A stretch of 64,000 nt of DNA from Candidatus Bathyarchaeia archaeon (GTDB lineage: Archaea; Thermoproteota; Bathyarchaeia; Bathyarchaeales; Bathycorpusculaceae): assembly GCA_038882955.1 (NCBI GenBank), contig JAVZNC010000006.1, positions 16,442 to 80,441 on the forward strand. The letters are read 5' to 3'. A program made the position numbers and the translations under genes. How positions within the stretch are numbered: the first letter of the stretch is position 1; each line of letters opens with the position of its first letter. Below the pieces are notes generated by a model that made no database searches, was not told the DNA's origin, and saw only the letters and a list, made by a program, of their open reading frames with translations. Of the stretch, positions 1-9,072 are shown piece by piece.

Positions 1-840
1 TTCCACGCGTACTATTCCAGCACGCCTAAATGCGGCGTCATAAACAGCGTCGTCTCCGCACAACTCTCCAGTGTGAGAGAGAGTTGCTTCTGCGCTTTCG
101 CTGAAGCGTCCAGCCTTTACAACGACTATTGGTTTTGCTCTTGCAAAGCCTCTCGCTGCGCTCATGAATTTCCGCGCATCTTTTATGCATTCTAGGTAAA
201 GTACTATGCTTCTTGTTTGGGCGTCTGCTCCAAAATAGTCTATCAAGTCTCCAAGGTCAACATCGAGCATGGAACCCGTGGATACAACAGCGCTGAAGCC
301 TATGTGCGCGTCGGAAGCCCAGTCCAGAGCAGATGCGCATAAGGCTGCGCTCTGCGAGATGAACGCTATTTTTCCTGGAAGCGCTGCTTTGTTCGCGAAA
401 GTTGCGTTTAATCCTATTTTTGGTCGCATAACCCCAAAACTGTTTGGTCCAATCACGCGCATTCCATACTCGCTCTTACATTTTATAATCTGCTTTTCAA
501 TAGCATCTCCGTTCTTCCCAGTCTCTTTATATATGGCTGAGATTATGACAACTCCTGAAACTCCGGCTTTTCCGCATTCCTCCATGATTTGTGGAATTGT
601 GTGTGCTGGAGTTGCTATTATTGCAAGGTCTACATGCCATGGAATCTTTAAAATGCTTGGGTAGGCTTTTATTCCCTGCACTGTGGATTTGAATGGGTTA
701 ACGGGGTAGACGACGCCTTGATAGCCAACACCAACAAGGTTTCGCAGAAGCCTAGCGCCTACAGAGCCTTCTTTGCTGCTTGCGCCTATAACTGCAACAC
801 TTTTTGGATTAAAAATTTTGTCGAAGTTTTCTGTGCCCAC
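1..840 (-). CDS. Acetate-CoA ligase (ADP-forming) family / Pat-type acetyltransferase N-terminal region; runs off the window start
   Basis: Not in ORF track. Manual translation from GTG at 840 after GGAGGGAGG: MGTENFDKIFNPKSVAVIGAS...DARKFMSAARGFARAKPIVVVKAGR...SHTGELCGDDAVYDAAFRRAGIVRVE (CoA-binding domain, SHTG phospho-His motif). Confidence 0.85.
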   Translation of the reverse strand, partial: MGTENFDKIFNPKSVAVIGASSKEGSVGARLLRNLVGVGYQGVVYPVNPFKSTVQGIKAYPSILKIPWHVDLAIIATPAHTIPQIMEECGKAGVSGVVIISAIYKETGKNGDAIEKQIIKCKSEYGMRVIGPNSFGVMRPKIGLNATFANKAALPGKIAFISQSAALCASALDWASDAHIGFSAVVSTGSMLDVDLGDLIDYFGADAQTRSIVLYLECIKDARKFMSAARGFARAKPIVVVKAGRFSESAEATLSHTGELCGDDAVYDAAFRRAGIVRVE

Positions 841-947
841 TCTTTAGTGCTCCTCCCTCCAAAGAAGACACTTTCAGTATGTAGTATATACATTACATAC
901 TTTTTAATGTTCTGAAAATGTTACGCCTTGCCTACCACTCTGTGGCT

Positions 948-2237
948 TTAAGGATAAAATCTTCTTATCGTCCTCGGGAATGGTATGGCGTCTATTATGT
1001 TTTCGAGGTCAAGCATCCATGTTAGGAGTCTCTCCAACCCCATTCCAAAACCAACATGTGGAACAGTTCCATAACGTCGTAGGTCAATGTACCAGTCATA
1101 ATCTTCCTCTTTTAATCCCATTTCTCTTATCCTTGCGATTAAAACGTCCTTGTCGTCTTCTCTTGCGCCGCCAGTTGAGATTTCTCCTATGCGCGGGACA
1201 AGTATGTCCGTGGACAATGCTATTTCGGGCTTGTCCCTACGCGTTTTGCAGTAGAAAGCCTTTATTTGCTTTGGATAGTCGTATATGAAGAACGGTTGTC
1301 CAATTTGTTCGGCTATTGTCTTTTCCTCATCATAGCCCATGTCCTCACCCCACTTTATCGAGAAGCCTTTCGCGTTCAATCTTTCAATAGCCTCTGTGTA
1401 CGTTATTCTTGGAAGTGGCGTTTTGATGGAGGTCAGTTTGGAAATGTCTGCACCCAACTCTTCGATTTCTTTTCTGCATCTTTCGGCTGCGCCGTGGCAG
1501 ATGTGGGCTAAAAGTTCTTCTTCTAGATGCATGAGGTCATCCATGTCCGTGAATGCTTGTTCAGCCTCTATATGCCAGTATTCTGTCAAGTGTCTTATGG
1601 TTCGGCTTTTTTCAGCCCTAAAAGAGGGGGCGATGCAATACACCTTTTCAAGGGAATAAATCAAAACTTCGAGGTAGAGCTGAGCACTTTGTGTTAGGTA
1701 TAGGTTTCTGTCGAAATATTTTAAGCCGAAAAGCGTTGAGCCGCCTTCACACGCGCTTGTTATAAACATTGGTGGTGAAACTTCAATGAAGCCAGATTGT
1801 TTGAAGAATTCGTGTGTAAGCCTCAAAACTTCGCTTCGCACCCTCATTATCAAGTTCATGCGTCGGCTGCGAAGCCAAAGGTGGCGAACATCTCGTAAGA
1901 ATTCTTCACTTTTGTCCTTTGTTATTGGGAAGACTTCAGCCAACCCAATTATTGAGAGGTTTTCAACAGAAATCTCGTAGCCTCCTGGTGCGCGTTTGTC
2001 ATGTTTGACTGTGCCTTCAAGTGTGAGCGATGATTCTATTGTTATTTTTTTGGCGTTTTCCCACGCTGACGCTTCCTTTTTAACTGTGCATTGTATTATG
2101 CCACTTGCGTCGCGTACGACAAGGAATATTGTCTGTTTTTCTTCGCGTTTGCGGTAAACCCATCCTCTTATTACAATTTTCTCGCCTACATGTTTTCCTT
2201 CCAAGATTTGCTGTATTGGAACAAACTCCATGTGCAT
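948..2237 (-). CDS. asnS: Asparagine--tRNA ligase
   Basis: OB-fold N-terminus (IRGWVYRKR), LTQSAQLYLE, FRAEKSRTIRHLTEYWHIEAE, GTVPHVGFGMGLERL class IIb motifs. Confidence 0.92.
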   Translation of the reverse strand: MHMEFVPIQQILEGKHVGEKIVIRGWVYRKREEKQTIFLVVRDASGIIQCTVKKEASAWENAKKITIESSLTLEGTVKHDKRAPGGYEISVENLSIIGLAEVFPITKDKSEEFLRDVRHLWLRSRRMNLIMRVRSEVLRLTHEFFKQSGFIEVSPPMFITSACEGGSTLFGLKYFDRNLYLTQSAQLYLEVLIYSLEKVYCIAPSFRAEKSRTIRHLTEYWHIEAEQAFTDMDDLMHLEEELLAHICHGAAERCRKEIEELGADISKLTSIKTPLPRITYTEAIERLNAKGFSIKWGEDMGYDEEKTIAEQIGQPFFIYDYPKQIKAFYCKTRRDKPEIALSTDILVPRIGEISTGGAREDDKDVLIARIREMGLKEEDYDWYIDLRRYGTVPHVGFGMGLERLLTWMLDLENIIDAIPFPRTIRRFYP

Positions 2238-2343
2238 CAGTCTCTTTTTGGTTTTAGACAGCCTGAAGCCTATTTGTAGGTTAAAGATTTAAGCATAAAT
2301 AAATGTGTAGCGCCAACGCGCAACTCTTAAATCTTGCGGGTTT

Positions 2344-3738
2344 ATGCGATATAAACGAAGAATAATGCAAAACCCCTTAGAAAAAAGCCATAAATTGAGG
2401 GTTCTTAAACTTTCAACAATCGCCATATCGAGCGTTGTTCTTGTTGAAATTGTCCTAGGCTTAATAGTTTCTAGCTTAGCCATCCTAAGCGATGGATTCC
2501 ATGCGCTACTTGACGCGTTAGCCACTTTCGGGCTTTTCTTTGCAACACGTGAAGCCTTAAAGCCGCCAGACGCCGAACACACCTACGGGCATGAAAAATT
2601 TGAGTCCCTAGGCGGACTTGCCGGCGGCATGGTTCTTGTTGGAATAGCGTTATGGATAATGTACGAGGCTGTAGAGCGCATAATTGGAAATCAGCCATAC
2701 TTAAACTTGGAATTCAAGCTTGCGGGTTTCTTTGCGATAGGATACACCTTCTGCATAGACATCGTCAGAGTTAGCCTGTTCTCAAAGTTCATTCACGCGG
2801 AGAGCTCCACGGTGAAAGTTGGATTTTACCATGCCATCGCAGATTTAGCATCGACCATAATAGCACTGATTGGATTTGGACTTGCAACACAAGGAATTTA
2901 CAATGGAGACGCTCTAGCTTCGATGTTCCTAAGTGCGATGCTGGTTTATCTAAGCGTGAAGACGATTTGGAGTAGCGGAATGGAACTAAGCGACGCCATC
3001 TCAAAAGACATTGTTGAAAAGGTGCGAAAAGAAGTTTTGGGGACAAGCGGTGTGTGCGGATGTGAAGGACTAAGGGTTAGAAGAGCTGGCGCAAAAACTT
3101 TCATCGAAGCCACGGTGAAGGTTCCAGAGGACATGAGTCTCGAAGAGGCACATGCATTGGCATCAAAAATTGAAGAGAACATTAAAACTTCCATCGGCGA
3201 AGCGGAAACGACAATCCATGTTGAACCTTTAAGGGAGAAAATCAAAACCGAAAGCCTTGTGGAAAAGTTGGCATCGGAAGTAGAAGGTGTTAAAGAAGCA
3301 CATAGGGTAAATGCAGTGCACATGGATGGAAGACTTTACATAACTCTACATGCAAGGGTCGACCCGAAACTTTCAGTTAAAGAGGCTCATGAGATAGCTG
3401 AAAAAATTGAGGATAAAATAGATGGGGAAATAAGCGATGTTGAAAACGTAACAGTCCATATAGAACCCTACAGCATGAAAAAGGGCAGGGCATCAGAGGT
3501 CAGCGAGAAGGAAATTAGAAAAATAATCGATGATGCTGTGGAGGAGTTTCCACAGGCTTTACGCTGTAGAAGAATAGTGACGTATGTTGCTGACAATAGG
3601 CGTTACATAAGCATAGACTGTAGCTTCGCAAGTCAAATCTCGATAGAAGAGGCGCATAAAATTGCTTCAAAAATAGAAAGGAACGTGAAAAAACGCTTTA
3701 GGAAAGCGACAGTAACGGTTCACACAGAACCAGATTAA
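2344..3738 (+). CDS. Cation diffusion facilitator (CDF) transporter with three C-terminal dimerisation domains
   Basis: SLAILSDGFHALLD, PPDAEHTYGHEKFE, HAIAD motifs; three repeats of EAH.IA.KIE...TVH.EP. Confidence 0.9.
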   Translation: MRYKRRIMQNPLEKSHKLRVLKLSTIAISSVVLVEIVLGLIVSSLAILSDGFHALLDALATFGLFFATREALKPPDAEHTYGHEKFESLGGLAGGMVLVGIALWIMYEAVERIIGNQPYLNLEFKLAGFFAIGYTFCIDIVRVSLFSKFIHAESSTVKVGFYHAIADLASTIIALIGFGLATQGIYNGDALASMFLSAMLVYLSVKTIWSSGMELSDAISKDIVEKVRKEVLGTSGVCGCEGLRVRRAGAKTFIEATVKVPEDMSLEEAHALASKIEENIKTSIGEAETTIHVEPLREKIKTESLVEKLASEVEGVKEAHRVNAVHMDGRLYITLHARVDPKLSVKEAHEIAEKIEDKIDGEISDVENVTVHIEPYSMKKGRASEVSEKEIRKIIDDAVEEFPQALRCRRIVTYVADNRRYISIDCSFASQISIEEAHKIASKIERNVKKRFRKATVTVHTEPD

Positions 3739-3756
3739 GAATGCTTAAATGCAGGT

Positions 3757-4332
3757 TTAACTCTTAAGCACTTTCAAAATTTCTTCATGTAAATACTCAA
3801 TTGGCTTGTCCGCATCCAATATTTTCCAATTGTCTGCAAAGGCTAGCGTGAGCGCTTTACGCCTAATCTTTTCAAGTTCTTCCAAACTTTCGAACATTTC
3901 GCGCCTCTTGCGCGACTGTAATATTCGTTTGTGTGCTTCCTGTGGGCTTACGTCTAAGAAGAACATGAAGTTTGATTTTGGTACCCACAAGGCGAAAAAG
4001 TGGTAGGCTATTTTATGCATTGGCGATGGTAAATAGGCAGTTCCCATAAGGTATCTGACGAAGATTATGTAATCGTATTTTTGCCATGAGTAAAGCATTA
4101 TTGAACGTAACACGTCGAGCATGTAAAAAATTGCGGAGGCAAAGTGAGCGCTCTTTCCATGTTGATAAAGGAACTGCCTAGTTTTCACACCGAAAAAATT
4201 GTCGTTTGATGGGTGAATGCGAAGGAAAACAGACTTTTCAGATGCTTTCAAAAAATTGTAGAGCATGACCGCTTGTGTGCTTTTGCCGGACGCGTCAAGT
4301 CCATCGATAACTATGAAAACCAATCTAGGCAT
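3757..4332 (-). CDS. Thymidylate kinase-like P-loop kinase (divergent)
   Basis: FIVIDGLDASGKST P-loop, FFLDVSPQEAHKRI; ATG at 4332 overlaps upstream stop; VRY instead of DRY. Confidence 0.75.
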   Translation of the reverse strand: MPRLVFIVIDGLDASGKSTQAVMLYNFLKASEKSVFLRIHPSNDNFFGVKTRQFLYQHGKSAHFASAIFYMLDVLRSIMLYSWQKYDYIIFVRYLMGTAYLPSPMHKIAYHFFALWVPKSNFMFFLDVSPQEAHKRILQSRKRREMFESLEELEKIRRKALTLAFADNWKILDADKPIEYLHEEILKVLKS

Positions 4333-5032
4333 TCCACCCCAAAAGCACAAGTGTTAAAACACTAAAGGCTGGAACTGTCAAGTTGTCAAAACCCAGCGGT
4401 GAAACGCCTTCAACAACAGTCGCAACCAAAGCTACAACACCAGCGCTAAAAAGTTTATCAAAGAAGTAAAAATTATAAAGCGTTGAAAAAAAGGCTAGGC
4501 TTAGAGCGTAACTGGAAAAACTGAAAATGAACATTGCAGCCGAACCCTCAACGCTTTTATTCGCAAAAAGCCTAAACTTCTTCTTGCCATACTTTTCGCC
4601 GATAATTGAGGCGAAGGCGTCGCCGTAAGCCATTGGCAAGATGCCAGCAGCCATGACGTAGGGCTTTGAAGCGAAGAAAAAAGCTAGGACAGTGTAGGAG
4701 ATTGCGTAAAAAACAAGTCCTAGACTGTGTCCCTCTTCTGTTATGCCCACAAGTCCCCTCATTTTTTCGCCTGCAGACTTGAGTGGAGAATATGGCGAAG
4801 CCAAAAACGTCACGAGTATAAAGGGCGCTGCAACAAGTGTCGGATAAATGTTTGATGTGAAAAGCGGAATTATGAAGGGCAAGTTTCCAATCATTATGTG
4901 TAGAAACTTTCGGGAAGCCTTACGTGATACATGCAAGAAATCATTCAGTTTGCTGGAGATTGCGATTACAAGCACAATGTAAGCGTAGCAAACTGCCATC
5001 AGAAGGATGTTCCACAAAACTTCATCAAACAT
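4325..5032 (-). CDS. SEC59/DGK1/VTE5-family CTP-dependent lipid (dolichol/phytol) kinase
   Basis: SRKFLHI, MAYGDAFASIIG, KSVEGS, GFDNLTVP motifs; multi-pass membrane; likely start ATG 5032. Confidence 0.85.
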   Translation of the reverse strand: MFDEVLWNILLMAVCYAYIVLVIAISSKLNDFLHVSRKASRKFLHIMIGNLPFIIPLFTSNIYPTLVAAPFILVTFLASPYSPLKSAGEKMRGLVGITEEGHSLGLVFYAISYTVLAFFFASKPYVMAAGILPMAYGDAFASIIGEKYGKKKFRLFANKSVEGSAAMFIFSFSSYALSLAFFSTLYNFYFFDKLFSAGVVALVATVVEGVSPLGFDNLTVPAFSVLTLVLLGWNA

Positions 5033-5036
5033 CAGC

Positions 5037-5912
5037 TCACCCCAAAGCGCCAACAAGAAAAGCCAAAAGTCCAACAATAAACCACAGAAGAACGGCGTTC
5101 TTGATTTTCCTCGCGTTTTCTCGAGAGTAATCCCGCAGAAGCATGGCTGAAGATGCCAAAAGCCCAAGGTCAGTAACAGCCACAAGAGGGATAAACCAGA
5201 AAGAAACTTTCATCAAAAGCGGAGGCAACGGGCTTAAAGCAACAGCAGAAACATAGAATAGGGAAGCAGCCAACGCCGCCTTTCTCGCGCCATGACGCAC
5301 AGCCAAAGTTTTAACGCCCCTAGCTTCGTCTCCTTGAACATCAACAATTCCCTTTGTTATTTCTCTGCCAGTATTTGACAAGAAAACCATGAAAACGAAG
5401 ATCAAGACATTCGGCATAATCTCGCCGACAAAAGCCAAACTTCCATAAATGAACGGGATCACCACACAAGCACTGACAAGGAAGTTGCCTGGCAATCCGC
5501 TTCGTTTGCCAATTGTAGTGTATACTGTAAAAATTGTCCACGCCAACAAGGCTGTGAAAAGGCAAGCGTAATTTGTCAAGTAAGCAGACGCAAAACCAAT
5601 AATTGTTAAAACAGATGCGAAGATTAACGCCTCTTTTGGTTTTACTGTACCGCTTGGAATTGGTCGGTTCGGCTCGTTTACTGCGTCAATCTCCCTATCA
5701 TAATAGTCATTTATAGCCATTGAAGCTGCAGTCAACATGAAACCAGTAACAAAGCCATAGATGAGGACTTGCCATTTCACGCCTAAAACATTCGGGTTTG
5801 CAAGGGCAGCGCCAACAATCACAGCGAAGCCCATCATTAGGCAGTTGACTGGACGCATCAAACGCAAATAGCCGCCAATTTTCTTCATTGCACCAAGCCT
5901 TTGCATAACCAT
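5037..5912 (-). CDS. UbiA-family prenyltransferase, probable digeranylgeranylglyceryl phosphate synthase
   Basis: RLMRPVNC, NDYYDREIDAVNEPNRPIPSG, GREITKGIVDVQGD motifs. Confidence 0.88.
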   Translation of the reverse strand: MVMQRLGAMKKIGGYLRLMRPVNCLMMGFAVIVGAALANPNVLGVKWQVLIYGFVTGFMLTAASMAINDYYDREIDAVNEPNRPIPSGTVKPKEALIFASVLTIIGFASAYLTNYACLFTALLAWTIFTVYTTIGKRSGLPGNFLVSACVVIPFIYGSLAFVGEIMPNVLIFVFMVFLSNTGREITKGIVDVQGDEARGVKTLAVRHGARKAALAASLFYVSAVALSPLPPLLMKVSFWFIPLVAVTDLGLLASSAMLLRDYSRENARKIKNAVLLWFIVGLLAFLVGALG

Positions 5913-6010
5913 AAACCAGCATCAAAGTTATAAAATTCACTTTTCGACTAGAAAGTTTAATTACGTTTAATGGTTTATCCATTAGTAAAAAGTTTGTAGG
6001 GTGCAAACTT

Positions 6011-7282
6011 TTGAATGACAATTACGCTTCAGAAAGGCTCCGAGTGATAATTCCAGTCGGCGGAAAAGCGAAGCGCTTGTTACCGTTAACCGCAGAAACA
6101 AGCAAGGCGTGTTTGCGCATCCTGAACAGACCGTTAATAGAATTTTCGCTGTTGTCTCTTGCGCGTCAAGGCATAAGAAACTTCATTTTCGGAGTGAAAG
6201 GCTACACAAACTATAGGGACTTACACGACTATTTCGAGTCTGGTTACGGGTTTTCCGCAAAATACGGAATAAAGCCACGCGTCCACATAAAATATCAGCC
6301 AAACGTGGAAGACTATGGCAGCGCAGACTCCGCTAGGATAAACATGGAATACTACAACGTTAGAGACCCAGTTTTTGCGGTTCAAGGTGACAACATTTTT
6401 GATGTAGACCTAAAAGAACTTGTGGAGTTCCACGAGAAAAAAGAAGCCATGATGACGATAGCACTGAGAGAAGTTGAAGATGTTGAAGGCTACGGAATAG
6501 CAGACATAAACAAGGACATGCGCATTTCACGTTTCGTGGAAAAGCCAACGCCGAAGGAGGCGCCTTCGAACTTGGCGAACACGGGCTTGTACATGGTTTC
6601 GCCGGAAATAAGGAAAATATTCAAGGAGAAAGGCGTCAAACAAATAATCAAGGAGAAGAAGCGTCTAGACTTTGGCTACGATTTCATTCCATACATAATA
6701 AAGACGGGTAGACCAGTTTACGGTTACACGCTCAAAGGATGCTGGTACGACGTTGGTACGCCAAAACGCTATTTGGAAGCAATGCAAGACATGCTTAATG
6801 GACGCTTTTCCTCACTTAGGGATTTTGGCGGAAGAATAGATGAAGAAGCAAAAGTTTGGGTTCAAGGCGAAAGCGTGGAATCGCAAAGGCGACGTAAAGA
6901 AATCATAAGGAAGATTAAGCAAGGAAAAATTGAAGTTGAAGGTGCTGTTCTAATTGGGAGACACTGCCAAATAAGCGATGGCACAAGAATAGTGAACTCG
7001 TGCATCGATAATTACACGAAAGTTGGAAGGAACGTTGTAATCGAGAATTCTGCTGTTATGGACCGAGCCATAATCGGAGAAAAGGCGGAAATAAGAGAAA
7101 GCATAATCGGCAGACACGTAACCGTGCGCTCAAGCTCAAGAAAACAAACGAAGATAGACGCTGTGTCGGTTGTTGCCGATGATGTTGTAATAGCTGAAGG
7201 ATGCATACTTTCATCAACTAAAATTTATCCACACCAGTATGTTAGGGGAGAGTTCTTCAACCAAACTCTTATGCCGGGATGA
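6011..7282 (+). CDS. NDP-sugar pyrophosphorylase (sugar-1-phosphate nucleotidyltransferase) with C-terminal hexapeptide beta-helix
   Basis: GGKAKRLLPLT, QGDN, FVEKP, WYDVGTP motifs; left-handed beta-helix repeats. Confidence 0.88.
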   Translation: MNDNYASERLRVIIPVGGKAKRLLPLTAETSKACLRILNRPLIEFSLLSLARQGIRNFIFGVKGYTNYRDLHDYFESGYGFSAKYGIKPRVHIKYQPNVEDYGSADSARINMEYYNVRDPVFAVQGDNIFDVDLKELVEFHEKKEAMMTIALREVEDVEGYGIADINKDMRISRFVEKPTPKEAPSNLANTGLYMVSPEIRKIFKEKGVKQIIKEKKRLDFGYDFIPYIIKTGRPVYGYTLKGCWYDVGTPKRYLEAMQDMLNGRFSSLRDFGGRIDEEAKVWVQGESVESQRRRKEIIRKIKQGKIEVEGAVLIGRHCQISDGTRIVNSCIDNYTKVGRNVVIENSAVMDRAIIGEKAEIRESIIGRHVTVRSSSRKQTKIDAVSVVADDVVIAEGCILSSTKIYPHQYVRGEFFNQTLMPG

Positions 7283-7758
7283 AAATGAAGGCGAATTTAG
7301 CGGAGATTAGAGGGAAAACTGTCACAGTAAGCGATTACATAGAAAAGCTTGAAGGCGATTTTCGGGAGAGATTCCTAACAAGAAAGACGAATTATCAACT
7401 CAAACAAGGAGTTGTGGATAAGCTTAGACAGTTTGCGAAGAAGTATTTTGTGGTTGCATTTTCGGCAGAGTGGTGTAAGGACTGTGCAGCAAACATTCCA
7501 GTGTTAGCCCTGATATCTGAAGCAACAGGCTTGGAAGTTAGAATTTTCGGTGGTTTGAAGAAAGACCCGCTGAGCGGAACCAAGAAGTGGCGTGTTCCAC
7601 CTTCACCGCCAGAAGTTGAAACATTCGGCGTCGACAAAATCCCCTTAATAATAGTGTTCAACACGGAAGGAAATGAGGTTGGAAGAGTTGTTGAAAACCC
7701 GAAAGAGCCAACGTTGGAGGAAGAACTGCTCAAGGTGATTTTAGGCAGTACATGGTAG
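7279..7758 (+). CDS. Thioredoxin-family protein
   Basis: WCKDC CxxC motif, KIPLII cis-Pro region; ATGA overlap with upstream gene. Confidence 0.8.
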   Translation: MKMKANLAEIRGKTVTVSDYIEKLEGDFRERFLTRKTNYQLKQGVVDKLRQFAKKYFVVAFSAEWCKDCAANIPVLALISEATGLEVRIFGGLKKDPLSGTKKWRVPPSPPEVETFGVDKIPLIIVFNTEGNEVGRVVENPKEPTLEEELLKVILGSTW

Positions 7759-7760
7759 GT

Positions 7761-8318
7761 TTACGCCTTAAACCACTTGAAAATTAGATAGCGCACTTTT
7801 CCCCTTTCAAGGTCTGGCACGGCAATTATAAACCTCTTGCGGACTGTTGTTGCGAGTCTTCCAGCCTTGACTATTTCTGTGGCGGTTATTTCGGATTTGG
7901 CGCTTTTAACAGAAACCATGTAGGGCGCGTGTTCAATGCCTGGTCCATGCTTATAAACTGCGAAGTCGCATCCAAACTTTATTCCAGGAGTAACGACAAG
8001 CCCGCTGTCGCGAAGGTCGCGGTAAACAATGTACTTTTCATCAAACTCCCCATATAGGCGTCGGGCTCTTTGCCTCAAAGTTTTGAGGTTAACTTTTCGC
8101 TTTTCTTCGCCCTCATAAATTTTTATAATCTTTTTCTCGGCTAAGTATACGCCTTCCATTAGGTCTAAGATTAGCGGCACCTTGAATTCTGGAACCTTTG
8201 GCTTTGGTATGCCAACTGGTTTCCCGTAAAACCCCATTTTGTAGAGTTCAGACCCTTCCGTGGGATTCCATACAACAAGGAAGTTTTCGATGAACTCCAC
8301 TTCTATCTTTTTTGGCAT
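7761..8318 (-). CDS. endA: tRNA-intron endonuclease, catalytic subunit
   Basis: VYRDLRDSGLVVTPGIKFGCDFAVYKHGPGIEHAPY...GRLATTVRK (Tyr/His/Lys triad); GFYGKPVGIPKPK loop; start ATG 8318. Confidence 0.93.
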   Translation of the reverse strand: MPKKIEVEFIENFLVVWNPTEGSELYKMGFYGKPVGIPKPKVPEFKVPLILDLMEGVYLAEKKIIKIYEGEEKRKVNLKTLRQRARRLYGEFDEKYIVYRDLRDSGLVVTPGIKFGCDFAVYKHGPGIEHAPYMVSVKSAKSEITATEIVKAGRLATTVRKRFIIAVPDLERGKVRYLIFKWFKA

Positions 8319-8337
8319 TTCGGTTTGTCGCCTTTTC

Positions 8338-8997
8338 TCACATGATAAAGGATAGAATTCGCGCTGCGTCAGCGGCATCCTCAGCTTTGTCAGCGGCATC
8401 CTCCAGAAGCTGCAAAATATCCCTAAGCAATATTAACGCTGGAAACTCGAGTTTACTGTTTAAGAGTTTAATTTCAAGTTCCCGATAAAGTTCGTCAACA
8501 GTTCGTTCTGCAATTTCAACGTCCTTGGCTTTTTCCATAGCCTTGGAAGACCCGTACGTTAAGACCATGGTTGTTTCCCTAAGCTTAATCACAGCGTCCA
8601 AAACAGCTTCTGAAAGCTTTAACAAGTCTTTCTTGATTTCCGATGGAACGTTCCACCCGTGCTCCATTATTTCGACAAGGCGGAAGGCAATTCCCTCAGA
8701 GAAGTCGGCAATTTCGCTTGTCAAATTTGTAAACCTTAGGAAGTCCTCTCGGCTTATGAGAATTGCTCCTATTTCGGCAAGCTCTTGCGAAACGAGACGC
8801 CTTGCATCGTCAACTTCATCCTCATTTTTCCTGATTTCTATGAAAAGCTTTTTTGCCCTTTCCCTATCATTTTTTATGAAGCAGTCCATTATCTGCGGGA
8901 CTTTTCTGGCAACTTCTAAGACCTTTCTGAGGTGTTCTTGGCAAGTGTTTAGAGCCCTTCGTTTTACACGCTCTTCGGTTTCCGCTGGTAGCATCAA
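8338..8997 (-). CDS. DUF47/PhoU-like phosphate transport regulator family protein
   Basis: Helical repeats E.EVDD.RR, SREDFLR, ER.VDELYR, LEDAADKAEDAAD. Confidence 0.8.
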   Translation of the reverse strand: MMLPAETEERVKRRALNTCQEHLRKVLEVARKVPQIMDCFIKNDRERAKKLFIEIRKNEDEVDDARRLVSQELAEIGAILISREDFLRFTNLTSEIADFSEGIAFRLVEIMEHGWNVPSEIKKDLLKLSEAVLDAVIKLRETTMVLTYGSSKAMEKAKDVEIAERTVDELYRELEIKLLNSKLEFPALILLRDILQLLEDAADKAEDAADAARILSFIM

Positions 8998-9072
8998 GCT
9001 TTCCCGCCCAACAATTTATAGGAGTTTCCTCAACATATGATGTGCTTAAGTGTTAAAAAAGCTAGCGTCGAC

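Noticed and set aside
269-664. Plus-strand 131-aa ORF and the many similar antisense ORFs in the track (e.g. 8525, 17488, 18068, 32431, 43540)
   Set aside because: They lie opposite well-supported genes and show no motifs; treated as shadow ORFs.
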